Below, one piece after another: positions 11,901 to 20,238 of a stretch of 64,000 bases of DNA (position 1 is the stretch's first letter; each line of letters starts with the position of its first letter). The translations under genes were made by a program, and so were the position numbers. Where the stretch lies: IMG/VR virus record IMGVR_UViG_3300045256_000753, positions 37,638 through 101,637 of that record. The stretch is one strand, 5' to 3'. A model generated the notes under the pieces. It was not told the DNA's origin. It saw nothing but the letters and a program-made list of their open reading frames with translations, and did not search any database. The stretch is from a virus.

Positions 11901-12215
11901 GCCCGCGACCGTGATCTGCCCACCGGGCAACGTGCGGAAGCGGCCATTCTTCGACTCGTAGTCGAAACGTTGAACGATTTCGTTCTTGGTCCATCCGAAC
12001 TTGGCGTGGGCGATCAGGCCGTCCACGTTCGGAAGATCGCCCTCCGAGGTGACGATGACGAGATAGTCGTCCCGGGGGTTGGCTTCACTCGATGGATAGG
12101 CAGCGTTGAACGCGCCCGAGTTCGAGATGAAGTTGTTGGGCGTGCTTGTGAACGGCGAGTTGGACTGCCCTACGCGGGGCGGTTCAAGCACATACCCTGT
12201 GATCGAGAAGCCCAT
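5940..12215 (-). CDS. Giant beta-rich baseplate/fibre structural protein (2091 aa)
   Basis: Thr/Gly/Ser-rich with internally repeated beta modules; located in the baseplate cluster. Confidence 0.75.
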   Translation of the reverse strand: MGFSITGYVLEPPRVGQSNSPFTSTPNNFISNSGAFNAAYPSSEANPRDDYLVIVTSEGDLPNVDGLIAHAKFGWTKNEIVQRFDYESKNGRFRTLPGGQITVAGTLGPNSNSQRLTVTPPLQLLATAPYRLSIGSVGSGTTQTVALVLTDGDFGSPPAGTTELSLSTGHLNWNPADLTTYNGQTVRWQQQQYFPFSKSTGRIGTIGDQTILLNPLPATTQYPLIRIGSHRWLLTVEVPNEGSFGSPPAGTVQWARTTGKLNFSNADIIANPGLGVYFDGTLLARDLLLPRQALNTITAPGVIGSVPPAGGDLIFALPNANPYYQFPQFVYTSSFDPIGQAGTVQVNPGTGGVQFSLADKARFGAAQVQVIFGDLAIENGISMRFFRSPVNLDAQTAGVKDVTALYTVTDAVWANPIIGSPQVFLPSVPVDDNTLIVTVNQGQGTFTGTLPRLDLTSPPAGLGYTIDFDSGTFQFAQRKNNILIPLQKPAGAAQLSDPLVLAGNVQLSLETSPGTGIYSPLTIGTDCLFDPTAGIVLFTTTSGVNRAVGSTGAFSGTTFTDTGANFISDGVVAGDYLVGLAGYAKGVYTITSVAATSVDTDVPPPAGSGPLSYEILSGKEILADRFFQKVQLIDPNTSVERIVALGTGQNETSIVSSGTATYPDFVTLSDGATDFIVSGVQIGDTIRITSGPDSGSSRSVTSVAQHALTVDSGQPFVTLSSSTYRVYRRLHIPKSAIGVSRIRFGNGSGATFSSVVTTVSTDTGFTNPSILPAGHVEVSQATGNLNFNSGDLAPPRIFYWVRKLTLGTDYQVQPALGFITFAQRMLANEEILLTYVEAPPITSPPTPPAPPIVGEPGTFLVRKELTQPHPSPTSVLTFNPTGKTVASNPAPKVYRGGRPQDSSQVVVNTAASTITFLPDNQLTDALPHGAVVAPTERVLIDYFVYEANGGEKSITVLNPPMLTAQVAITQGQNSVIISGDQTSIFQPNFLLRIEQVEVYQIGSSSYDSGANQTTVTLSGTQTFQNDYINPNLYIVSGPTPTSAPAYFVQELQAFGSVARGMNAIVLQGDRTSAYSTNTIVEFTDGLVSFRDFYIVTAATFDETVNQTTLTLASNAIRQYVFGQQFLSYSIRPIFEKAPTVVHTRGVPVTTQPITVFRRIAGQVGKLLTSPTDYTIDDSGTIVYASPLLPNEEFSIFDTEHRTVSAGLNLKASYTCTIAPNQLNGLLGQVLNADYTVFSPDNFYYRVETMTNFKGEVQQTIQAAAQAGSPSSGPMTSNSSSPQLFNQGRDSVYFQEGHLANVDIIARTCLKFFNDAVNDLEDVLHAIDGRVVGDSDGRFLFDGNINNPVRTSVSQVTNQIDDLLVASPFPIPGGFVQQIYLPGPHSRFFKNRRNIFTPSPAQVGGSPHDGDIIAKFNYTSLFSLPPSIFKRWPRAQIQFDYPYGTTVFTVDNANGTSDALQRPAFITQMRVVIEDPQGRFYITDADTATVLGVTPTTITISLGAHSPTPGPDPGFVPAGSTIYVSPSDANSMLKDGNAPPPTPSSNGAYMMIYPIGKDVDANLSTGELLYITRKFPFDGIISSLPPPANIIPKSADIYPIQNGDVLQANGAGVNVNYTAPFKFSALFGGTLNDDGDQSVPIVGPTFDGELTPSGGGPLNVEAQAETPITGTLRTNTTAPFLGTGNLDVTKTIITLTAGNFPSPVPKVHDLVRILSGTNGATSWRRITAVTPNSVTVGLADAFASVDTNFQFTVAVSGTAITGTATLAGTTLTDLLANFLGNGTEVGYTVVMTGGPNIGLRRQIVAITSATTLTLDSAFPNPAGGTYRIDNPLDTYSGPIYTGVQTAVATEIATISTNPKSEQTSIFNFFTTVFTTVLSSAAGSVPSPGSSLLNDGTVNFLTSGVTTSHFVYIPTGTNAGIYGIGNVTAHQITIATTFPLAGAVTYQIVKAFGVSLATLQAIFGILGQNATFLTQTQAFQPVLNTQVPVLLSGVPDPAEFAIGLQTADLDTRSAQVQARLTYLADPGVGPRAILQSALASSERLYDKRFTWIDARINLQSGYLVLQQTAAANRVKQQQDVFNQLIKLLTVEGS

Positions 12216-12227
12216 TCGATTCCTTCT

Positions 12228-12800
12228 TCATACGATCTTGCCAACGCCCACCCCGGTTCCCCCGACCGGCGTCGGCGCCCCCATAATGGCGACCGGAATA
12301 GCAAAATCCTTGAACACATGATCCAAAGCCATGCCGATTGCTGTCGCCTTCTTGACCGTTCCCTGACCTTTCAAATCCACGCTCTCGAAGCCCTGAATCA
12401 TCAAAGGTACCGCAGAGCCTGCCCCGACGATTCGCGCTACACCGGCTCCCGCCCCGACTCCGGCGTGTGTCGTCACAAGGATGGCCTGGGCAAAGCCGGC
12501 CGAAAGGCCCGCAGCGATGCCTGCGGCCAACAGAGGAGCCATGGGCCCCAAAATCTGCTGGGACTGCATGCCGAGCAGAAGGCTGGCCAGGAGGAGGGGC
12601 GGCGGGACAATCAGCGGAGTGACACCGGCCCCAACGCCGAGTGTGCCGGTGTCGATCGTAACGACCGTGGCGGACCCGGCGAACAAGACCGTACCAGTCG
12701 CGATTCCGAGCGCGAGCTTCGGCATACCGGCGCCGATTTGGCCCGTGCCCGCCATCGCAGGAACGAGAGTCCCAGTGAGACCCACCGGAGTGAGCGGCAT
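12228..12800 (-). CDS. Gly/Ala-rich hydrophobic protein downstream of the spike (190 aa)
   Basis: Start reassigned to ATG 12800 (MPLTPVGL), which gives a TGATG overlap with the spike stop. Confidence 0.65.
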   Translation of the reverse strand: MPLTPVGLTGTLVPAMAGTGQIGAGMPKLALGIATGTVLFAGSATVVTIDTGTLGVGAGVTPLIVPPPLLLASLLLGMQSQQILGPMAPLLAAGIAAGLSAGFAQAILVTTHAGVGAGAGVARIVGAGSAVPLMIQGFESVDLKGQGTVKKATAIGMALDHVFKDFAIPVAIMGAPTPVGGTGVGVGKIV

Positions 12801-14968
12801 CAGAACGACCTCGAAACCGCACACCCTTGAAGTGGGAGACCCGTGATCCAATCGAGGGATGGCGTGCCGGGAGGCATCATGGGCAGACCACGAGCGATAC
12901 CGAAGACCGCTGCGGGACCCCCAAGAAGGACTTGAGGAGCAATCAAGGACACGGCAACACCCGCGACCATGGTTGCAGCCAAGCCCGCTGTCAGCGTGAT
13001 GGCCCCGCCGGCGATCGTGGAGTACGCGCCACCGGCGAGCTGGGAGAGCGCTCCGCCTACGGTGAATGAAGCGGAAGCGCCAGCGACGAGGGAGTACGCC
13101 GCACCAACGTTGTCACTCATGGCACCCGCGCCGGCTGTCGTGACGATTGCGCCCGCCGCCACCGTTTGGATCAAACCGCCTGCCAGGATGGTCGAGACCT
13201 TGCCGCCAGCGCTGATATTCTCCAGCACCTGGAGAGCGTATTGGTACTGGCTCTTTCCTGCGATCGTGCTGCTCAAATCGGACGCGTTCACGGAGTAGCC
13301 GTTGTTCGCGTTGATGTTCATGCGGTCCGTGTGGATGTTGTAGCCACCGTTGACCGTCGTCACTTTGGCGCCGCCGACGTTCTGGATGTTGTCTCCAGAG
13401 CAGAAGGTTTGCCTCACGCCCTGAATGTCTTCGGACAGGGCTACGTCGTTCGTGTCGGGCACGCCCTGGTAGCTCGCTTGAACCGACGAGTGATACCGAA
13501 CGTCGATGGCCTTGCCTTCCGAGCTAGACCCGATGTCGAGCACGACGCCACCAACGCAGGTGAGATTGATCGAGACGTTGCTGGGGCTTGCCGCACCGAT
13601 GTACGCCTTGAGCGCGCCGGACAACATGGCCTCGACCGAGACGTTCTTCGTTCCGGACGGGTACCTTTCGAAGGACGAGCCCGGGATGTTCAGAAAGAGC
13701 TTCCCCTGCTTCGACACGGCTGCGGCGAAATAGTTGTCGGTCGTGCTGCGCGGGGGATGGATTGCGAGGAGCGCGGCGCCAGCGGTCGTGAACACTTCCA
13801 GGTCATCGAGCGGAGAGCGCGGAACCTCGTCCATCGAAAAGGTGCCGGCTGCTTGGCTGGTGAAATCGTCGAAGAGCTTGGGCTTCGTGACACGGGAATA
13901 GGTGCGCTGCCCGAGCGAGGTAGAGAGGTCGTTGCCGACCGTCGTTCCAAGGACGTGCTCGATGTATGGACGCTTGCGGTCGATTTGGAAACCATCGATC
14001 TCGTCGAGCACCTGTTGTGTGAGGTCCGACGTATGATTGATCTGCATGCGGTATTCGACGAAAGGCTCCGCGCCGGCTCCGTTGTTCGGATCCTCGAAGT
14101 TCACCGCAGGGAATGTTGAGGGATAGAAGACGCGGCGACCGTTCGAGTAGGTCGTAGGCGGGAATTCGTTCGTGTCGTTGAATGCATCCAGCAACTTGCC
14201 GGTTGCGTCAGCGAGCTTGTTCGAGCTTCCAGCAAATCCAGGTCCGGCGCTCTGATAGACCGAACGACCAAAGTACCGCTCACTGCCAGCGTCCTTGAGC
14301 GTCTTGCCATCTGCGTGAAGGATGTCCGGATACGTGAAGTAACCGCCTCGACGAATCGGGCCGGAGATGCGGGTGACGCCGCTCTCGTTCTCCACACGAT
14401 GGATCGACTGAGCAACAAGGGTCCGATCCGTGTCCCTCAACTCGATGAGGTCTCCGGCACGGTTGGCCATTCGCACGTCTTTGGTCAGCGCGAACTCGGC
14501 ACCAGCGGCAGACATGCCTCCGACGTCGCCGGGGCGGAGCTTCAGGCGTTTGACGCGGTAGCTCGGGCCAAGAATCTGGCGGACGTTGGTTGCGTCCGTG
14601 GGATCGATTCCACCGGGATCGGTCGGGGCAAACGGATCGAACCGATTGCCAAGACGCTGCCCTGTCGGGATGTACCCGAGAATCATCGCCTCGAAGAGCT
14701 GTTTGTGCCGGCGTCGGTACCCCAGGATGACGATCGAGTTGACCTCGGGGATGCCTCCGAAGAAGCTTCGCGGGCCGCACATGGCTTGTGTGAGATCGAT
14801 CTCGAAACGATCTCCGCCGCCCGTGAGGACCCTCACGTCGGCTTTCATCGTCACCTCATCCACGCGCGTGATGAGGCCGAGCTTCAGGCCAAACGGATCG
14901 CCCGTGCTAACGAATTCCTTCCCGGGCGTGTGCCCGAGAGGGTGCTTCGGAATGTGTTCATTGGGCAT
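12800..14968 (-). CDS. Baseplate central spike, gp5/gpV/VgrG-like
   Basis: N-terminal OB-fold-like LKLGLITRVD...ADVRV...GGIPEVNSIVILGY; C-terminal 8-residue Gly/Ala beta-helix repeats; follows the hub. Confidence 0.8.
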   Translation of the reverse strand: MPNEHIPKHPLGHTPGKEFVSTGDPFGLKLGLITRVDEVTMKADVRVLTGGGDRFEIDLTQAMCGPRSFFGGIPEVNSIVILGYRRRHKQLFEAMILGYIPTGQRLGNRFDPFAPTDPGGIDPTDATNVRQILGPSYRVKRLKLRPGDVGGMSAAGAEFALTKDVRMANRAGDLIELRDTDRTLVAQSIHRVENESGVTRISGPIRRGGYFTYPDILHADGKTLKDAGSERYFGRSVYQSAGPGFAGSSNKLADATGKLLDAFNDTNEFPPTTYSNGRRVFYPSTFPAVNFEDPNNGAGAEPFVEYRMQINHTSDLTQQVLDEIDGFQIDRKRPYIEHVLGTTVGNDLSTSLGQRTYSRVTKPKLFDDFTSQAAGTFSMDEVPRSPLDDLEVFTTAGAALLAIHPPRSTTDNYFAAAVSKQGKLFLNIPGSSFERYPSGTKNVSVEAMLSGALKAYIGAASPSNVSINLTCVGGVVLDIGSSSEGKAIDVRYHSSVQASYQGVPDTNDVALSEDIQGVRQTFCSGDNIQNVGGAKVTTVNGGYNIHTDRMNINANNGYSVNASDLSSTIAGKSQYQYALQVLENISAGGKVSTILAGGLIQTVAAGAIVTTAGAGAMSDNVGAAYSLVAGASASFTVGGALSQLAGGAYSTIAGGAITLTAGLAATMVAGVAVSLIAPQVLLGGPAAVFGIARGLPMMPPGTPSLDWITGLPLQGCAVSRSF

Positions 14969-14971
14969 GGG

Positions 14972-17900
14972 TCACTTTGGCAGCGTGGCGAGTTTGGCTT
15001 GGTTGTTCGCGACGTTTTGTTTGAGCTGGCCGATCTGTTGCTGCAAAGAAGAAATCTGACCGGCCGGGTCCCCGCTCGTCGAGGTGCCCGAGGAAAGTTG
15101 CTTCTGCAACGTTTGAACTTGCCCTTCCAGGCGGGTGATTTGCGTGATGTCCGCGCTGATTTGGTTCGAAAGTGTGGCCTTGTCCGATGCGGCCTTCAAT
15201 TGGTCGCCGAACTTCGTCCACTGACGTTGCAGGTCGTTTTCGGCGCTGTTCACGGCACCGGCGATGGCGTTGGGATCCCCAAGCGCCGCGCGGTTGTTCG
15301 GCGCGAACGGCGGAGCGAATGCGGGCGGATTGTTGGGGGTGAACGAATCTGGGCTGTTCGAGAGCTTTCCTCCTGGCAGATAGTCGCCACGGATCGCTCC
15401 TTCGAACTGCTGGTGCGGACCGTCAAGTGCCTTGTAGAGACGTGCCAAGAATTGTTCGACGCGGGAGATGACCTCTTCACGCGACGGCGCGAGAGTGTGA
15501 TGCTGGGTCTGCACCTGTTGGAGCTGCCCTTGAAGGTCCGCGAGCTGGCGCTGGTCTTCTTCGAGGTGGACTTGAAGATCGTTCACGTACTGAATCGCGC
15601 GTCGCACGTTCACGTCGTCCGGCCCCTGCGGTTTCAGCGCTTGTAGATCCGCTTGCGCTTGGGTGATGAATCCTTGCGTGTTGGCGATATCCGTTTGGAG
15701 CTGGGCGATCTGGTTCTCCAAGTCCGCCGTCTGGAAGCTTCCCCCGACCGGCTGACCAAGAAGGACCGCCGCTGCCGTCGTCCTGTCTCCCCCGATCGCA
15801 GCGGTTTGCTGTGCTGACGCAAACGCGGGCGACTGATTGAACAGGCTGGTGCTGTCTTGGGTAGCCTGATTGAGCGTGCGCACCTGGTAGCCAACGTTGA
15901 TGAAGGCGAGGTCCGAACGGCCGAGGAGGCAGGGGCACTTGTCGTCGGGATCTTGCTCTTGCTGACGAATCGACATCTCGGCCAACGTCAAGGCACTCGA
16001 CAATTGCGACGCTTCGACGCTCGCAATTGCCCCCTCTTGTTCGGGGGAACCGAGAGGTGCGGCATCCACGAAGTTGTCACCGACGTCGGTGAACTGACCG
16101 GGCGTCCCATCCGGATTGATGACGGCCGACGTCTGGAGATCCTCCGGAGCGAGGCGCGCCACGGCATCGGCCGGATTCGAGTAGGCGCTTGCGATAGCCG
16201 TGAGGCCTTGCGATTGGGCGTTGAGGGTTTCGAACAGACCGCCGCCCAAGGCAAGCTGCATGTCGATGTTGGCGGGAGAGTTGACGTTGCCCGTGAGCAC
16301 GAGACGCCCATCCCTGAGTGACACGCGCCGGCCATAGCGGAAGTGCCCCACGACTTCGAAGCCTCGCTCGTCCGAGACAGGGCGGATCATGCTCGTCTTG
16401 CCGCGAAGAAGCTTGTCGTCCGAGGACGACGGCGTGACGTTCACGTTGCTCGATGGGAGGAGGACAATCTCGCCAATGACGCCCTTGCCCTCGTCGGACG
16501 AGTCATGCGCGTAGACGTAAACGCCGGCAGAGTTGAGACCATACTGGTAACGGTTCGTCGTGTACTTCTCTTTGATGCGATCGAAGTCCAGGTCTCGCGT
16601 CGCCTTGTCGAGGGTCGCAAGCTCTTGCTGCGCGACGTTTTGGAGTTTTTGCTCGTTTTGCTGCGAGACGTTCGAGTTGGTCCCAGGTGCCTTTTGGCCC
16701 TTCAACGTGTCGAGGTCGGTGTTCGCGGGCGCAAACGGGCGCGTGTACACCATGACAACGTTTGGGTATCCAACGATGCGGCCAGTCTTCGGGTGGCGAA
16801 GAATGACCGGCTCGTAGGGGTTGTCGGTGCCAGCGGCGACAGCAGTGGAGGCGGCCGGCAACGTCGCAGCGTTGTTCAACTTGAGATCGAACACTCCACG
16901 TGCAGACAGCTCACGCGACGTGTACTTGAACGACAGGTTCGCTTTGGCCCGGACGGACTGAGCGGAAGGCTGCGGTCCGGTAACTGTTTTGAGATTGATC
17001 GACGCGATGCCGCGAGGAGCCTTGAACTTCTCCCTGAGCGCCGTGAGCGTCAAGCTCGTTGTCGCACGACCGCCAAACGCGATGTTGTGCGAGATTCCTT
17101 GGACGTACCAGATCTGATCCTTAGGAGCGAGGTAGATCGGGAACCCGAGACGCATTTCCGAGCGCATCGGGATGGTCACCGTGGCCCTGTGCCGACGCGA
17201 ATTGATGCGGTCGAGCAGGTCGAGCCCATGGTAGAACATGAGCTGCTCGTTTCCGAGGAACTCGCTGTTGTAGCTTTGCGGGCGCCAGCCGTACTTGCGA
17301 AGGAGGTGGTAATCCGTGACGGACGTGAAGGGCGTTAGTTCTTCGGAGAAACCGTAGTCCACGTTGCCGTAGAGCGCGCCCTGCATCGTGAGCTGCGTCA
17401 CAACTTCGGCTTCCGACTCCGATAGACCCCAGTCGATGATGTCGATGTCTTGAATCCACGACACCGGCTTGTTCGCGAGGATGTCGAGGTTGTAAAAGGG
17501 CGGTTTGAAAACGATGTCGCCCGAGGGATCCATGAAGAACTCGAACCCGGCCGCTTCTTTGGCCGCGTGCGCGAGTTCGAGCTTCGTCTGGTATTCGCTC
17601 TGCCAGAAGTTGATTTGCCCGGCCTGAGTGAACTGAGTGCGGAAGGCCGTGACGCTCGGATCGGTCGGATCGAACACCATCTGGCCGGCGTCGGGACCGC
17701 CGTTTGCGTTTCGGACCGCCGAGGATGCGTAAGGTCTTCCGGGTGTCCCCTTCGATTTGCGCGAGTAGAACTGGTAGAGCGAGTCGCCACGAACCGCGAC
17801 GCCGTTGATGCCGTAGAGCATCAAATTCGAGCGGATCTTCTGGAACCTCTGCTCCCAGTAGAGCATGAGATCCGAGAGCGCCGCATCGAAGGTGGGCCTT

Positions 17901-18520
17901 TGCTGTTGCTCCTTGTAGAGCGACACAAGCGACCCCGTTCCGATCACGACGTCTCCGTACGACTGGAGAGCAAGCGACCAAATGACGTCGTACGGATTCA
18001 TGCCGTAGAAGACGTTGCCGAAGATGCTCCTGCCTTGCTGACCACTCGGCGCCGTGTACGCCGGGTTGATGTTCATGCGGCAGAGTTCCCACCACTTTAG
18101 GATGTCGGCGCAGTTGATGCTGACCGTGTGCTCGCCGCCCGAGTAGTTGTCCGTGACCTCGGTTACGAGTCCCCAAAAGATGGGGTAGTATTGCGGCACG
18201 CCCTCGACCAAGTAGTACCCCTTGGCGAAGATCTCGATCTCCATCATCGGCGTGATGACCGGCCGACCGTCGAAGAAGAAATCATCCACCGTATGCCTGG
18301 GGATGGAGAGCGAAACCGAGGCGCTTCCGGGCACGCTGTCGATGTTGAGATCGACCTGAATGCTCGTGATGTACTTGTTGAGATCGAACGTGCGGTTGCA
18401 CGAGGGGCAGCCGGTCACGTCCATCTCGCCGTTGATGTAGACAATCGCATCCGGCGCGGTGACCACCGTGGGGCGAACGTTCGGCTGATAGGTTCCTTGG
18501 AACGGACTACGTGCCATCAC
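14972..18520 (-). CDS. Baseplate hub, gp27/gpD-like, with C-terminal coiled-coil extension
   Basis: PMMEIEIFAKG...FWGLVTEV...INCADIL, FEFFMDPSGDIVFKPPFY and MRLGFPIY...WYVQGISH motifs; position between tube initiators and spike. Confidence 0.8.
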   Translation of the reverse strand: MMARSPFQGTYQPNVRPTVVTAPDAIVYINGEMDVTGCPSCNRTFDLNKYITSIQVDLNIDSVPGSASVSLSIPRHTVDDFFFDGRPVITPMMEIEIFAKGYYLVEGVPQYYPIFWGLVTEVTDNYSGGEHTVSINCADILKWWELCRMNINPAYTAPSGQQGRSIFGNVFYGMNPYDVIWSLALQSYGDVVIGTGSLVSLYKEQQQRPTFDAALSDLMLYWEQRFQKIRSNLMLYGINGVAVRGDSLYQFYSRKSKGTPGRPYASSAVRNANGGPDAGQMVFDPTDPSVTAFRTQFTQAGQINFWQSEYQTKLELAHAAKEAAGFEFFMDPSGDIVFKPPFYNLDILANKPVSWIQDIDIIDWGLSESEAEVVTQLTMQGALYGNVDYGFSEELTPFTSVTDYHLLRKYGWRPQSYNSEFLGNEQLMFYHGLDLLDRINSRRHRATVTIPMRSEMRLGFPIYLAPKDQIWYVQGISHNIAFGGRATTSLTLTALREKFKAPRGIASINLKTVTGPQPSAQSVRAKANLSFKYTSRELSARGVFDLKLNNAATLPAASTAVAAGTDNPYEPVILRHPKTGRIVGYPNVVMVYTRPFAPANTDLDTLKGQKAPGTNSNVSQQNEQKLQNVAQQELATLDKATRDLDFDRIKEKYTTNRYQYGLNSAGVYVYAHDSSDEGKGVIGEIVLLPSSNVNVTPSSSDDKLLRGKTSMIRPVSDERGFEVVGHFRYGRRVSLRDGRLVLTGNVNSPANIDMQLALGGGLFETLNAQSQGLTAIASAYSNPADAVARLAPEDLQTSAVINPDGTPGQFTDVGDNFVDAAPLGSPEQEGAIASVEASQLSSALTLAEMSIRQQEQDPDDKCPCLLGRSDLAFINVGYQVRTLNQATQDSTSLFNQSPAFASAQQTAAIGGDRTTAAAVLLGQPVGGSFQTADLENQIAQLQTDIANTQGFITQAQADLQALKPQGPDDVNVRRAIQYVNDLQVHLEEDQRQLADLQGQLQQVQTQHHTLAPSREEVISRVEQFLARLYKALDGPHQQFEGAIRGDYLPGGKLSNSPDSFTPNNPPAFAPPFAPNNRAALGDPNAIAGAVNSAENDLQRQWTKFGDQLKAASDKATLSNQISADITQITRLEGQVQTLQKQLSSGTSTSGDPAGQISSLQQQIGQLKQNVANNQAKLATLPK

Positions 18521-20235
18521 GTCCCCCTATTCGTCGGAGCGGGCGGCACGGTCGGCGACGGCTGCGCGTTCACGTTGGGGCCGAGCGCGTTCGGGGTCGT
18601 GTTCACCTGGTTCGTGGGAGCGTTGCCCTGCATGAAGCCCGGCGCGCCGTATGTGAGGGACTGGGCGTCGAGCTGGTCCAAGAGGAACGACGCGCGAACG
18701 GTGAATGTGAAGTTGTATTCGAGGGTGAACGGCGCAGTGTCGGTCTCGGCGATGCTGAAATTGTCGAACGAGCCGAGGTAAAGCGTCCCGTCGTAGTAGA
18801 TGTAAATCGAACCGACTGCCGAAAGGTTCGTCGTCCTCGAACTCGACGTGTTGATGAAGTCGTTGAGCCAGACCCCTCCGTTGTTCTTGTAGAGGAGCCA
18901 GAGCGACAGGAAGTTCTGGTAGCTCTTCGAGAATTGGCGCGCGATACGTGTGAGGCCGGGGCTGTTCCCTGCCGACCCGACACGACTCGGGGAGTTCTGC
19001 GGAATGAAAGCGCCCGCCACTGCATCGATGGAGTAGAAGCCAGCGATCTTTCCGCTTGCTTCGATCTTGTCTTGGTTCTCGCCCCAGTGCTCGACGATCG
19101 GCCCGTTGCGGCCCCAGCTTCCGTCCGCGATGATCTTTTCGGGCGCGATGCGGAACGATTGCGGATTGACGAGCATCCGCAGCGGCGGCGTGTTCTTCAT
19201 CCGGTCGATGGCCGCGAGCGTGGATTTGATGATCGCCGCCTGGGCCGCCAAGAAGCGGCTGCCGAGGTTCGTGCGATTCAGGTTCTTGTTCGATGCTTTT
19301 GAGGCATCCTTCTGCGCCTGGTTGGCGTTGTCCGATCCGGACGTCTGCCACGAGGTGGAGGAAAGAGAGTCGCCTCCGATTTGCTGCTTGAGGGGTGGCG
19401 GCAGGCTGTTCGGGTCGAGGTTCGCGACGTTCCCAACCTGTGCCTGGATGAAGGAGAGGTTGGGGAAGGCCGCTGCGTAGACGTCGGGGCTCGGAGGGCC
19501 GTAGTAGTGATGATCGAAGAGCGCCTGGGCGTACGCCTGCACGTCTCCGTTCTGAGCCGCTTCCAACCCACCCGAGGCGATGATTTGGGTGAGGAATCCG
19601 GACGCCCCGTCTTGAGCGCTTTGGTACGAGTTGAAGTAACGCGTGAAGCCTTCCGGAGTTCCGCCCGGATGCCACGCGAAGGTCTCGCGATTGTTCGGCG
19701 GCGTCGTGTAGTTGCCGATGAAGCCGAAGTTGTAGTTCGGAAGGTTGCCGCCCGTCTCGACCTGCGAATGGGCGACGAGGAGCGCCAAAGTGGCCGATGA
19801 GGGATCCGTGTGGAATCGTGCGCGCCACGCATCACGAATGGCCGTCGCTCTCTGCTGGAAGCTGAGTTGGTTCATGATGGGCGGGGCCGCGTTCGTGCCC
19901 GGTACACCCGTCCCGAGATTCGGTCCGCCATCTTTCACCTGAAGGGCGTTGATCTCCTGGCCCGGGTCTCCGGTGATTCGGGCGACGCTGGCCGATCGAT
20001 CGAGCAGACGTCCAGTGACGTTCGACGACGGCGGCAGCACTCCCACCGCGAAGATGAGGGTCTGGTGCGCGCTCTTGTAGGGAACGGACGTGAGCGGAAT
20101 GAATTGCCCGTCGAGTTCGTCCGGCTCGTTTTGCAGCGACGAGTAGAACGAGAGAAGCTCATAGATCGCCGGCTCGTAGTAGTCCGCCGACTGTTGAATC
20201 TGCTGGTAAACCCTCTGGTCTGAGCTGTCCGGCAT
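18517..20235 (-). CDS. Tail-associated muramidase (GH73/FlgJ-like) fused to a tube-initiator-like domain
   Basis: AHSQVETG..NYNFG...FNSYQSAQDG...YAQAL..HHYYG..PDVY resembles the glucosaminidase fold; C-terminal LRMLVNPQS...VEHWGEN is paralogous to the next gene. Confidence 0.65.
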   Translation of the reverse strand: MPDSSDQRVYQQIQQSADYYEPAIYELLSFYSSLQNEPDELDGQFIPLTSVPYKSAHQTLIFAVGVLPPSSNVTGRLLDRSASVARITGDPGQEINALQVKDGGPNLGTGVPGTNAAPPIMNQLSFQQRATAIRDAWRARFHTDPSSATLALLVAHSQVETGGNLPNYNFGFIGNYTTPPNNRETFAWHPGGTPEGFTRYFNSYQSAQDGASGFLTQIIASGGLEAAQNGDVQAYAQALFDHHYYGPPSPDVYAAAFPNLSFIQAQVGNVANLDPNSLPPPLKQQIGGDSLSSTSWQTSGSDNANQAQKDASKASNKNLNRTNLGSRFLAAQAAIIKSTLAAIDRMKNTPPLRMLVNPQSFRIAPEKIIADGSWGRNGPIVEHWGENQDKIEASGKIAGFYSIDAVAGAFIPQNSPSRVGSAGNSPGLTRIARQFSKSYQNFLSLWLLYKNNGGVWLNDFINTSSSRTTNLSAVGSIYIYYDGTLYLGSFDNFSIAETDTAPFTLEYNFTFTVRASFLLDQLDAQSLTYGAPGFMQGNAPTNQVNTTPNALGPNVNAQPSPTVPPAPTNRGT

Positions 20236-20238
20236 GGC

